A DNA stretch of 64,000 nt from Sphagnum compactum (Eukaryota): assembly GCA_965153455.1 (NCBI GenBank), contig OZ234493.1, positions 11,398,213 to 11,462,212 on the forward strand, read 5' to 3'. Positions 22,791-35,484 of the stretch are shown one piece after another. Positions within the stretch are counted from its first letter, which is position 1. The number at the start of each line of letters is the position of its first letter. The notes under the pieces are model-generated. The model did no database searches. It was not told where the DNA came from and saw only the letters and a program-made list of their open reading frames with translations. Made by a program: the position numbers and the translations under genes.

Positions 22791-25700
22791 CTACAATGTC
22801 ACCAATTCTCTTCTTTTGTTTCTTGCTTGGATTGTCTTGTCCGGAAGCAAGTTTCTCACGCGATCATCTCTGGAGACCAATTCTTTGGGTTTTTGTGTGT
22901 AGGATGGGATTTGTCACACAAGATGATGTGATGTTCCCCATGCTCACCGTGCGGGAATCGTTGCTCTTCGCGGCTCTTTTGCGACTACCCAATTCCATGA
23001 CCCGGATCCAGAAGATCCAGCGTGCAGACACTGTGCTCAAGGAGCTTGGCTTGGAAAGGTGATTGACGCAAACCCATCATTTCTCTTGATGGAGACAGCA
23101 TTGGGTTGTAGACAGATTCTCAAGCTGCTGCTGCTGCTGCTGCTGAGCTAAAGAAGAAGAAGAACAAGAAGAAGAAGAGGGTGGTTTTTTTTTTGCTGTT
23201 GCCTACAAGAATTGTTCACGTGAATTCATGTATGTTTTCTGGCGTCTTTTGGCTCTCTCCTCAGGTGTAAGAACACGATTATTGGAGGGACGTTTGTGAG
23301 GGGTGTTTCTGGAGGAGAGAGAAAGCGCACAAGCATTGGGTATGAGATTCTTGTGGATCCTTCTCTTCTGTATCTGGATGAACCCACTTCTGGCCTTGAT
23401 TCTACCACTGCTCTGCGCATCCTGAAAGTGCTGCAAAAAAATGCTCAGGTACCACTACATAACCCTCTGATTTTCTTTTTGCAGCCCGCTTGAGAGCTTA
23501 CAGCTGCTGCCAGAAAGTCTAGCAAATCTGATCACTGTGTCAAAGCTCTAGAACATCATCTGCTGCACTGGCAGGAAGTATAGCAAATCTGATCACTGTG
23601 TCAAAGCTCTAGAACATCATCTGCTGCACTGGCAGGAAGTCTAGCAAATCTAGACATTGTGTCAAAGCTCTAGAACATCTGTTGCTGCCAGGAAGAGCAA
23701 TTCTGTTGGAACTCTAGAAGATCTGCTGCCAGAAGAGAGGAAATCCCATCATTCTGTTTGCAGAGCTCAAGAACATATGATTCTGCTGCCAGAAGAGAGG
23801 AAATTTTGATCCATGATTCTGTTTTCAGAGTTTGAGAAACCAGCTTTGATGGTGGAAGAAGTTCAGTATAACATTGTTAGAAAAATGGATTCAATCAAGC
23901 CATGTTATTACAGACTTGTTCATGAGAACTGCGTCTGTTGTGTTTCCTTCTGTCTGATTGTATTTTAAGTTATGATATGTTCTCTGACATATGTATGCAC
24001 AAACAGGTAGGCAGAGGAATAGTGGCAACAATTCATCAGCCATCAAGCAGGATGTTTCACATGTTTGACAAGCTGATTTTGCTCTCAGAGGGTTATGCAA
24101 TTTTTGCTGGCTATGCCAAAGATGCCATGGACTATTTCTCATCCCTCAGTCTTACACCACAGATTGCCATGAATCCAGCTGATTTCCTTCTTGATTTGGC
24201 GACTGGAACCACAAGTGACATCACCATTCCACCTGACCTTGAGAATCTTATCACCCAAATGGATCTAATTCCTCCTCCATGTGCAGCAGCAGCAGCAATA
24301 GGAGAAGATTATCATGCACCACCTTCTTGTTCTTCTACTACTACTAGTCCAGCAATCACATGCAACCAAATTGGTTTGACAATGAGGGATGAGAGCCATA
24401 GTACTAGTCCCGAAGACTTTCAAAGAGACCTGGTTCACAAGGTATGAGAAACTTGTGAAGGAAAATCCTTGTTTGTTGAGATCATTTCACACAGCAAAAA
24501 TTTAATGCATGTTGTGTTTTATGGGTGTCCTGTACATTCTGGCAAACAAGGATCCCAGTGATATCATAGGAATTTAGATACTCAAGGCACAGAGAATTTG
24601 CATAAAAGGAAACTGGGGTTTAGGGTTTAGGGTTTAGGGTTTTACATAATACTTGGAAAATTTTAGGTCTGGTTTTGATCTGATTTGTAACCTTTCAACT
24701 GCATAGATTTAGAGCTATGGTGCAAAACTACTGGTGGGATCTAAGATCTAATGGGAAGCATGAAATTTATGCCTGGGGTTGAATCTCTCTCACTCAGTAC
24801 ATGAGGAGAAAATACATTACAAGATTGGCACCAGAGGAGAGAAGGGCAATGTGTGAGATGGGCAATGTATCCAAGGAGCTTGAAGATGCAATCAAAGCAA
24901 AGCAGGACTGGGCATCCTCATGGTGGACACAATTCCTCATACTGTTCAAACGGACATTCAATGAGCGTCGAGTCGACTACTTCAGTAGCTTGAAAATATT
25001 GCAGGTCAGAAGTAAAAAGATCATCACAAAAATTCTTCCCACCAACATGAATCTCATTTGCAGTGAGATTTCCATTTGTGTGTCAAGTCAAAACTTGCCT
25101 GAAGTATCTCATCTGATGGGTGCCTGAAATAAGTGGAATTTTTCTATTCATATGAAATTTCATTTTGCTGCTGCTGCTGCTGCTGCTACAGGCAATTGGG
25201 GTAGCTGTGCTCTTGGGTCTTTTATGGTGGCGTTCAAAGACACAAACAAATGCAGACATACAAGACCAGGCAAGTGGGAAAAAAAAAGAAAAAAGAAGCT
25301 CCTGATCAATCTCAACAATCAGGTTTCTAGAGAATCTATTAACATCAAATCTTCTCATATTTGCATGTATTGAGACTTAAATCTACTACAGAGTGAATTT
25401 TGATTGCAGTGCAGTATGTAAAATGTTACAGCATCCAACCCAATTGCACATTGTGAGAATGAGATCTGTGAAATTCTCCCCATGTCTATTTTGCTACTTT
25501 CTCTTATCAAAAGATATATTATCTTGTCCCCAAAATCAGATGAAGAATTTGTCTACTAAACCCATGCCTTTTGCACCATGTCTTATTACTACTACAACAA
25601 CCCATCTACATTAAAAAATTGTCTGGTTTTTTGCAGCTGGGTCTTATTTTCTACATCTGTATTTTCTGGGCAACTTTTTCAATGTGGACAACTCTGATGA

Positions 25701-26859
25701 CATTTCCAATGGAGCGTCAATATCTGGCAAAGGAGAGAGCAGCTGATATGTATCGACTGAGTGCCTACTACATGAGTAGTACGGTGTGCGATTGCTTGGC
25801 TGAGCTAGTTTTCCCCACCATTTTTCTTGTCATTCTCTATTTCATGGCCAGTTTGCGTGCGAGTGTTGGTGCTTTCTTTCTTACTCTTCTTGCCACTTTT
25901 CTGATTGGCATCACTGGCCAGGCAATAAATTCTTCTCCCAACCCCTCCCCCCTCCCAACCCTTTCAGAATTCCATTACATGCATTGTGCTTATGATTCGA
26001 CAAAACAGACTTTGTGAGATTATTTTCTCCTACCTTGATTCCTGATCACCAGCCAGCCCCAAAGAGTTCATTGTTGTTTAGCAAGGATGTTAAACATTAT
26101 TGATTTCAATACTAGAAATTTTTTATTCAATCAGTAATTGTCTTATGCATAAGGTAAGAGAAATGCTGTGAGGGGAAGCAACTGAAAATGGACTAGGAAA
26201 TTTTGTAGAAGTCCTTTGCAAATTTGTATATATCTCAACACCCGAAGAACTCTAATTTTCAATCTCTCTCTCTTTCTCTCTCTTGCATCAGCTTTTAGAT
26301 TGGCTCAAAACCAATCATGAATGTCATTGTCAGTGATCAATTTGACAGGGATTTGGAGAGATGTTTGGAGCAGCTACACTAAGTTTAAAGACGGCAGGGA
26401 TCATTGCATCAATGTTTCTCCTTGTCTTCCTCCTAGCTGGTGGCTACTATGTTCAGGTAATAAAATCATTGCGGTGGTGTTGGAGGAAAGACTGTAAAAT
26501 CCATCTCATAATAAATTTCTTTTCTGAATTTGTTTTTTCATCCATTCCAATTTTTTCAATGTGGGAGAACTCTTGGGGATGTGGATACCTGGCATTTGTG
26601 GGAACAGAAAATGCCAGCCTTCATGAAGTGGGTGAAGTACCTGTCTTTCGTATACTACGGCTTTCGACTCCTTCAGAAAATACAATATTCTCCCGACCAG
26701 ATTTTCAATTGTGACACTACTAGTGGGTGCGAGAGCATTGCAAATGCTAGAGCCTTGCAAGGCTTGCCGCTGGATTCGGGGGTCCAAGAAGCTTGGGTGT
26801 TGGTGCTTATGGCAGTTGGGTATCGCCTCATATCCTATCTTTGTCTTCGTCGCATTTGA
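21075..26859 (+). CDS. ABC transporter G family half-size transporter, ABCG22/ABCG27-like (11 exons)
   Basis: Exons 21075 (or 21186)-21570, 21949-22157, 22404-22726, 22903-23058, 23265-23448, 24007-24441, 24798-25004, 25192-25269, 25637-25921, 26349-26456, 26608-26859. Walker [10 protein letters not shown], signature VSGGERKR, Walker [14 protein letters not shown]-loop [18 protein letters not shown]. Three donors are GC. Confidence 0.93.
23500..23830. repeat. Degenerate intronic minisatellite (~60-bp unit)
   Basis: agcaaatctgatcactgtgtcaaagctctagaacatcatctgctgcactggcaggaagt repeated, decaying towards 3'. Confidence 0.75.
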
Positions 26860-27319
26860 TGGAAACCAACCGTCAACAAGGAAGAAAGAAGTACCAACAA
26901 AATCAATTCAATTGTTTAATTGCTTACAAAGACCCTTGTAGAAAAACATTAAATGACGACAATCATGGCTAAAAGACTTGTGATTTTGGTGATTACAAAG
27001 AGTTTGTTATTATTCTTCAAAGTTTGATATCATATATAGAGTTTAAAGCATCTCCATTGGCAGCAGTATAATGACTTTGTACACAATACACAAAAACTTT
27101 TGGTTTCAAGTTTGGTTCAAGTACAAACTTTTCAATAGTGTGAAACTGAGTTTTGGAGTTGTAAATTATGCACAGCACATGATACAATGATATTTTTGAT
27201 TTCCAAAAGGTTTAGTAAAACAAGATGATTGCTTTTGGATTCATCAACCATGGTGATTGACCCAAGTGATGACATTAAAATATTTTTAGGGTTTGAAATC
27301 GTCCAATTCTTCATGTTTA

Positions 27320-27796
27320 CTAGTGTGGCTTGGCCCAAGTGTTACCACATTTTCAACTGATTTTTCCTTTCAAAACCTAAAACCCTAAACCCTAAAACCT
27401 AAACCCTAAACCCTAAAATATTCAGCGGTAGAAAAATCACTTAAAAATCAATATCTCCCACATTCTGAATCCAAATCTTACCAAATAAATTCCATTAAAT
27501 CCTGCTCATCAAGATCTTTCCAACAACACCAAAGGCACATTCCAATTCCTCTGAAATTTTTTAGCTACAATTTAATTTAATTTAATTTTTAGTGAAGAAA
27601 TCATTCAATATTCAAGAACTTCTACACCGCAAGTCCAAATGCCATGAAACCAAGCTGATGCATGCACCCCCTACTCCTCCTCGAGAGCTTTCCAAAGAGA
27701 CCAAGAACGCGATCTGAAGCATCCTGGTTTGGTGTATCTCATAAGTACAAACAAAACAAAACAAAACAATACAAACTACCTTCCTTCATAGATAGA
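27320..27796 (-). mobile_element. Non-autonomous mini-Helitron, copy 1
   Basis: Minus strand starts A^TCTATCTATGAAGGAAGG and ends ...GCCACACTAG^T; high similarity to 29765-30323. Confidence 0.75.
27372..27418. repeat. Interstitial telomeric repeat (CCCTAAA)n
   Basis: aaaacctaaaaccctaaaccctaaaacctaaaccctaaaccctaaaa. Shorter tracts also occur at ~24616-24642, ~36766-36795 and ~41195-41210. Confidence 0.85.
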
Positions 27797-28724
27797 TGGG
27801 TAAGAAGTTTGGACCTCAAGAGTGAGAAACAAGGCATCACAAACACGTTGGCCCTGCCAATACATAAGATGTTGTACATCTACCTACTCTTTGTGTCCAC
27901 ACTCTGCACACCAAAAAAAATCCATTCCAATCTAAACACTTTCACCAAAGAAATTGGTTCACCTAATGTGACATTGGTTCTAATAAGGTAAAACTTCCAA
28001 AATTTCAAGGATTTTTCATTAAAAAAATGGCCCAAATTAACCAGATTTTCAAGGAAAATTAAATCGAAATCACCAGATTTTTAGGACAAGTTCCAGTAGG
28101 TAGCCAAGAATATAACATAGAAGGATTCTAGTTTATTTATTTATTTTACTTTTAGCCAAGTCTGGCTAAACCATCTTATGGATGATTGTCACTTCAACTA
28201 CATCACAAAATCGAAAAATAAAAAATAAAAAAATACCCTAGTTTTTGTAGTTTGTACCGTGAGAAAAATCCCAAAATCCCAAAATCCATTTAAATCTTTT
28301 TCTAAATATTACAAATATCCCATGCTTAGATTAAGCAAGGGTCTCTAAGTTCAAAATCTAATATTTTTTGGGCTCAAAATGCTCACTAAGAGGCTTCACT
28401 CGAAAAGGTGAAGGTACTAATGTGATGCCGGTTCACCCTAGCCCCTACCCCAACGCTATTTCAACGACAAGTTGTAACTTGTTGAGATTGGATGAAGTTA
28501 GTGAGGAGGGTGGTGTTATTGGTAGGTGGTAAATGGCCAAAATAAACTAGCATGTCTGGATTAGAAGTAGTTTCTCATTAGATTCATTAACCATAGGTAA
28601 CAATAGTGCTTAAACAAGCATGCACTTGCATCTACCTACTTAGTACCTACTCACCAAGTAGGTACATATTTACCTACTTACATAGTAACCACTTACATTC
28701 CTTACCTACTTACCATTGATGCAT

Positions 28725-28955
28725 AGTAAGGCATCAAACCTGTAATTGGGAATGAAAATTTTACAAAACAAAATAACTGGGACAGAAACTAGTTTTTCCA
28801 CCAATTTTGGTGGTAAACTGAGTTTCATCCTGTCTTTCCTTTTTCCTAAGGGCCTTCTCCGCTGGTAGGCTACATATATTTTCACTCCTACTACCTTCAC
28901 AACTACTATAACCATTCTCGAACCTTGTGCATTAAATGCTGAGTTTCATGCTGAG
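28725..28955 (-). repeat. Partial inverted copy of the MITE at 45881-46268
   Basis: ggcatcaaac...gggaatgaaaattttacaaaa...ccaccaattttggtggtaaactgagtttc is the reverse complement of ~46000-46210. Confidence 0.75.
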
Positions 28956-29764
28956 ATATAATAAAATTTCCTTACTTTGTGGATACCACTGAAAGAGAGG
29001 ATAGGGTGTGAAAGCATGCCCAAAGACAGGGTGACTTTAACTCTGTTGTGTGAACAATGTTTTCGCTATATAAATTGTTTGTGTTTGTGTGTGTGTTATG
29101 ATTGCTACATACAAACATCGGAATGGTCTCGAGTAGGACCTTGGACTTTGTTTTCTCTTTTTATAAAAGATTTATGTGATGCTTTTTATTTTTTCAGGTT
29201 TAGAATTCCTTTTGATTCTGCATGCACACTTTTGCATTTTTTCATTTTTGGGGAAAGGAAGAACCACCCCTTTTAGCATGCCTATTCTATTCCACTCACC
29301 ACAAGTGGGACCCTTGGGGATACTTCTTCCTTCCCCTTGTTTCGGGGTTTGGGTATCTTTGATTCAAGGAGAACCTGATTCAAGGACCATCATCATCCTC
29401 TCCGAGCTCTATCAGATTCTTTGCAAAAAGCTGCACTTTTGCATAGCATGAAAGACACATCCAAACCCTAAGAGTGTCAACTATGTAACCGGCTAGAGGT
29501 CGCCAGTCGTAAAAAATAATCAAAACATGAGAATGTCGTGAAGGCTATTTTCAGTAATGGGTGGTGGCATCAAGCCCATTTACGGGACATAACCAGCATC
29601 CTTTACATCCATAATCTTTTCAACAGATGGATGCAGATCACTTTTCATCCATATCACTGAATGAGATACATGCGACTTAATATTATGCAATAATATAATT
29701 GAGGTGTGGATCATGAAGAGACACATGAGAGAGTCTTCCTACAACATTGTCTACAATATATATA

Positions 29765-30323
29765 CTAGTGTGGCCTGTGCCGTTGGCCCAAGTGTGAACC
29801 CATTACAAAATAGGGAAACTCAAGATGTCAACATTGTTTTGCAATGTATGTATTGATTTTTTGAACAGCCAAATATGAAAGGAAATCATGCTTGAATTGA
29901 ATGGTAAGCCTTCAAGTGTTACCATGTTCTCAACTGACTTTTCCTTCCAAAACCTGGTCTTTTGGAATTTATTTGAATTTTCAGCAGCAAAAATCACTTA
30001 AAAATCAATATCTCTCACAGCCTGAATCCAAATCTTACCAATAAATTCCATTAAATCCTGCTCATCAAGATCTTTTCAATAACACCAAAGGCACATTTCA
30101 ATTCCTCTGAAATTTTCAGCTACAATGTAATTTAATTTTCAATGAAGAAATCATTCAATATTCAAGAACTTTTGCACTGCAAGCCCAAACATCATGGAAC
30201 CAAGCCCATGCACCCCCTTCATCGAGAGCTTTCCAAACACACCAAGAACACGAACTGAAGCATCCTGGTTTGGTGGATATCATAACTACAAAACAAAACA
30301 TACTACCTTCCTTCATAAATAGA
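29765..30323 (-). mobile_element. Non-autonomous mini-Helitron, copy 2
   Basis: Minus strand A^TCTATTTATGAAGGAAGG ... GGGCCAACGGCACAGGCCACACTAG^T (GC-rich sub-terminal hairpin plus CTAG). Confidence 0.8.
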
Positions 30324-30325
30324 TA

Positions 30326-30413
30326 TTAGTGTGACATTTGTTGTTGGCTCAAGTGTGAACATGATTATGTAACTACTTCAAGTGTGAATATTCTTATTGA
30401 TAGAGCCCAATTG

Positions 30414-30452
<39 letters not shown>

Positions 30453-30849
30453 CTGAATTTTCAATAAAAAAAGTTCAATATTCAATAACTCTTGCATCAT
30501 AAGTCTAAACATTAGCAAATTGCCCCCAATGCACCTCTACTTGAAGGCTTTTCAATAATATGAACAACAAATTGTTTGGGGGGGGGGGGGGGGGGGGGCA
30601 CCATGGTTTGGGAGATCTCAATGTGATAAACAAACAAAATAAGCAAATTACTTCCCTGAATAAACAAAATTGTTCAATATTCAATAACTATTATATCATA
30701 AATCTAAACATTAACAAACTACTCGGTGCAACCTTTGAGGGCATTCCAACAATAAGAAGAACATCGAGGTTAAGGCCCAAGTGGACCATGGTATGAGAGA
30801 CTGAAGTATGACAAACAAAACAAACAAACAACCTTTCATAATAAATAGA
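30326..30849 (-). mobile_element. Diverged mini-Helitron, copy 3, in tandem with copy 2
   Basis: Plus strand ttagtgtgac...ttggctcaagtgtgaac at the left end and aaacaacctttcataataaataga at the right end mirror the copy 2 termini; internal ttcaatattcaataact similarity. Confidence 0.55.
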
Positions 30850-30916
30850 TATAACAAAATATTTTACTTGAAAGAGTTGCAATGAAACAAAAATCAAATG
30901 TGATACTGTAACTTGA

Positions 30917-33900
30917 TGTAATTAGACTATTATCCATGTAATTATTTAACGGTTAAATTTGGTGGTTTACTTATTAGTTGGATTTCATAATTTAATTATG
31001 ATTTGGTCATAGTTTTAATTAATGTGCTTGACTCACACATGATAATTTATGTGAAAAGTCTTTGTCATATTATTATGCATGTGAAATCACATGAGGAGCC
31101 AAGTGATGTGTAGACTTTACAAAAAAATTGTTTAGTTCCTTTTGATTAGTATATGTGTGAGTGTTTATGACCTTTGGAAACACCTTCACTTGATAAAAAT
31201 AAGTTGTTGTAAGAATGTAAAGTTTTATAAAATAAAATTGTGAAGGGAATTGAGATTTTAGTTTTGAAAGGTTTCGGTATAGTTTATGAAAAGTCCATGG
31301 TAGGAGCAAGGTGTGGCATAATAGTTTTACATAGACAATAAAAAGGTGAGAAAATATTTATGCAAACAAAAACATAAATTTCCATAGCTATGTAATAAAC
31401 ATATGTAGTTTCAGTTTTAAACCTATTTATGATTTACATCTTTTGGTTCCATAACCCAGTCTATGTTCTTTGTGTTGTGGAACTTAATTTTGTTATTAAA
31501 AGTTTGGTAGGAAAAAATAAACTATTTGTTTTGTTTTAGAACGTGAGATGCAAGGTGATTTGTTTATCCCCGAATTATGGACAAAAATAACATGGGTGAA
31601 AGAGATTTAGTTTGTGGCAATGGAAATTACAAGAGGCAAACCGAGTCAAACTTGGTGCACAATTGAACACATAAAGTAGCATCATGAAGACCATAAACAC
31701 GAGTCATTATCTTTGACCCCAAGTTTGCTTTTGGATTTTACATGTAACCTTAGGCACGAATTAGAGTTGGATTTGAGGGAATCTAAAAAGTTTCGTAAAA
31801 AAATCTACGGAGGATGAATGAGTATGATGATGAATAAAAAATAGACCAAAGTTTTAGTTTAGAATGGATTTACACAAATAATTCCAATGAAAAAGAAATG
31901 GGGTTATATGTTTTAGAAATAATCCCTAAGGTTAGAGTTTTGTTTCAAACAGATTAAAAAATTCGAGAGGATAATGACCAATCAACTGCACATGCGTTAA
32001 CAGAAGGAGAATTCGTGGATCAGGTGAGCAAGATTCAACTGGGACTAGACCTTTGCCTTGAGGAAAGAAGGCAATGTGAAGATTTATTGCATAAGTATAT
32101 CCATCTATTTACTTTCAGCTACATGGACCTTAAGGAAATCATCATGGCACAACACAAAATTGAATTGTTATTGAATATTAAACTGATCAGTACCAAGCAA
32201 GGGAAGTGGAATCCAAGATACATTACAATGGTGAAGGAGAAATTTGACAAGTTTTTGAAGGTAGGGTTATTAAACATGTGGAGACAACTAAATGGGTTTT
32301 TTTATGGTATTGGCATTAAAGAAAAATGGTAAGCTAAGGGTATGTGTCAACTACAAAGCTTTAATCAAAGTAACTAAAAAAGATCGATGCCTTTTGCCAT
32401 TTTGTGAAATTTTTTTGGAAGAAGTAACAAGGCACGAAATGTACACATTCAGAGATGGGTATAGGGGCTACCACTAAGTGAAAATTATTCCGGAGGATCA
32501 ATTGAAGACCACATTCACCACACCATGGGGAACATTTTGTTACACAATAATGCCTTTTAGTTTATGCAATGTTCTAAGGACATTTCAACCTTTGATGAAC
32601 AATGCTTTGAACCATTCTTGAGCCTTTTTCTACAAGTTTTCATTGACAACTTTGGAGTTTATAGTGATAAAACTTCTCACCTTACCAAACTTGAGTTAGT
32701 CTTTCAACGTTTGGATGGTTCAGGAGTGATTTTGAGCCCTAAGAAAACCATAATTGGTTTTTCAAAAAGGAAGATGGTTGGACACATTGTGCCAAAAGAC
32801 GGGTAGCCACAGATCTCAAAAAGTTAAATAGGATTTCAAAGTTTCCTTCCCCACCACAAAATAAACCTTTCAAAGTTTTTTGGGGATGGTGGGTTATTAT
32901 CAAAGGTTCATACTCATGTTTGCGGCAAAAACACGTCCTCTAACACAATTCATGTGGGAAGATGCACTTACACCAATGGAGGATGAGGCATCAAAACATG
33001 CATTTGAATAACTCAAATCAATTTTTCAAGTTGCACCAATCCTTTACATTCTAGATTGGAACAAACCATTTTTAATATATTGTGATGCATCTGGAAAAAC
33101 ATTAGGAAGCACACTGTCTTAATTAGACAAAAATGGGCATGACCATCCCATTCATCTTGTTAGCAGACAATTCACTTTAATAGAGAAAAATTATACTATG
33201 ACTAAACATGAAGGTCTTGTAGTTATTTTCTTTCTTAAAAAATCTCACCATTACTTGTTGGGGTACAAGGCCAAAATTGTGACACATCACAAGGCCTTAA
33301 CCTATTTGGTCAACAAATCCAATCCAAGTGGTCGACTTGCTCGATGGCTACTATTAATGGAGGAATTTGACATTGACATTGCCCATCATTTAGAAAGGCA
33401 GCATGCTAATGTTGATGGCCTTACAAGGGCATACGAAAGAGTGGGTGATGTTTAAGAGGATGATGACTTTTCAAATGTAACAATTATGATCATCAATGTA
33501 GAAGAAACGCCTAAGGAATATCAAGAAATCATTCAATACTTGGATGGCATGAGGTTTTAAGTTGGAGCCACAAAAGCGGTGCGAACACGAATTGTGCACA
33601 AAAGTCGTAATTACTCAGTAATTAGGGACTAGCTTTACTTCCAAGGAAAAGATGGTGTTTTGTGATGATCCATTGGAAAGGGTGAAACTTCACGTCTTTT
33701 GTATAAATTTCATGATGGGTTCTGTGGAGGCCACTTTGCAGGACAAATCACAACAGAAAAAATTTCACACACAAGTTAATTCTGGCCCACCCTATTCAAG
33801 GATGCCCATGATTATTACAAAAGTTGTGATTTATGTCAAGCTTATGCACAAAGGTCTACTATGAGTAGCCTTCTACACCCCATACCACCTCTGGGACCTT

Positions 33901-35484
33901 TTGAAAAATGGGGAATTGATTTAATGGGCCCATTGCTAGTGACTAGGAAAGGGCATCGCTTCATTGTGGTTGCCACAGATTGCTTCACAAAGTTTGTAGA
34001 AGTACGTGCTTTAAAGTTTTCAATGAAACAAGAAATAAGATGAATTCTGTATGAACCGATCTTACTCGATTTAAGTCACCACTCAAAATTGTTTCTAATA
34101 ATGGTCCCCAATTTTTGAGTGAAGTTGTGAAAAACTTATTAGCACACCTTATAGTGAAACATAGGTTTACCACTATGTATAAGCCTAGCACCGATGGTTT
34201 AGTAGAAAGGACCAGTAGGACATTGTGTTCCATGTTGGCAAAGAGGCTGAGGTTCATGTGAACATTTCTTATTAGGATCTCAAAATCCACCATGTTGTGT
34301 GGGTTTACAACACCACATACAAAATTGCCTTATGGTATTCACCTTTCCGTTTAACTTATGAGATGGAGACATTTTTACCCATTGAGCTGGAAATAATGAC
34401 TTTACACATTGCCATAATGATGAGATTTCCTTTGGATGAATTCTAGCCCCATCGATTGTTGTTACTTAATGAATTGGACGAACTACAGTTAAAAGCCTGC
34501 TAATCCATTAAATCGCGCAAATTCAATTAAAAAAAACTTTTCACAAGAAGGTGAAAAAAAAGGAACTCAAAGAAGGTGACCTTGTCATGATGTTTTACAC
34601 TCGGCATCATTGCAGGGCTTATAAGAAATTGTTGTCTAAGTGGTTTGAACCCTTTGTCATCAGGAAGGTGTTTGAAGATAATGGATCTTATAAGTTTCAA
34701 AATGTTTATGGTTCACCATATTTAGATCGCATTAATCATGACAAGTTGAAAAAGGTTTTGGATATGTGATTTCGAAGATGGAATCCATAATGAATTTAAG
34801 AGTGATGTAACTAAACTATTATCTATGTAATTATTTAACGGTTAAATTTGCTGATTTATTTATTAGTTGGATTTCATAGTTTAATTATGATTTGATAATA
34901 GTTTCAATTAATGTGTTTGACTTTCACATGATAATTCATGTGAAAAATCTTTGACACATTAATATGCATTGACTTTCACGTGATAATTTATGTGAAAATC
35001 TTTGACACATTAGTGTGCATTGATTTTCACATGATAATTCATGTGAAAAATCTTTGACACATTAGTGTGAATTGATTTTCACATGATAATTTTTGTGAAA
35101 AGTCTTTGTCACTTTATTATGCATGTGAAATCACATGGGGAGCCATGTGATGTGTAGACTTTAGGAATTTTTTTGTTTAGGTTCCTTTTCGTTATTATAT
35201 AAATGAGTGTTTATGACCTTTGGAGACACTTTCATTTGATAGAAATAAGTTGTTATATGAGTGTAAAGTTTCATGGAATAGAATTGTGAAAAGAATTGAA
35301 ATTTTTATTTTGAAAGGTTTCGATATAGTTTATGCAAGTCCATAGTAGGAGGATGGAGTGGCATATTAGTTATACATATATAATAGAAAGACGAGAAAAT
35401 ATTTATGCAAATAAAAACATAGATTTTTCATAGCTATGTAATAAACATACATAATTTCGATCCTAAACCCGCTTGTAATTTACA
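30917..35484 (+). mobile_element. Decayed Ty3/Gypsy LTR retrotransposon with both LTRs; no recognisable gag
   Basis: LTRs 30917-31438 and 34806-35484 (TGTAA...TTACA); PBS-like TGGTTCCAT after the 5' LTR; broken RT (LRVCVNYKAL, DGYRGYH, VFIDNF), RNase H (CDAS, HKALTYL, RLARWLLL), integrase (WGIDLMGP, NGPQF, GLVERT). No matching TSD found. Confidence 0.9.
34918..35125. repeat. Four tandem ~52-bp palindrome-containing units inside the 3' LTR
   Basis: tgactttcacatgataattcatgtgaaaaatctttgacacatta... x4; only one copy in the 5' LTR (~31028-31080). Confidence 0.85.
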
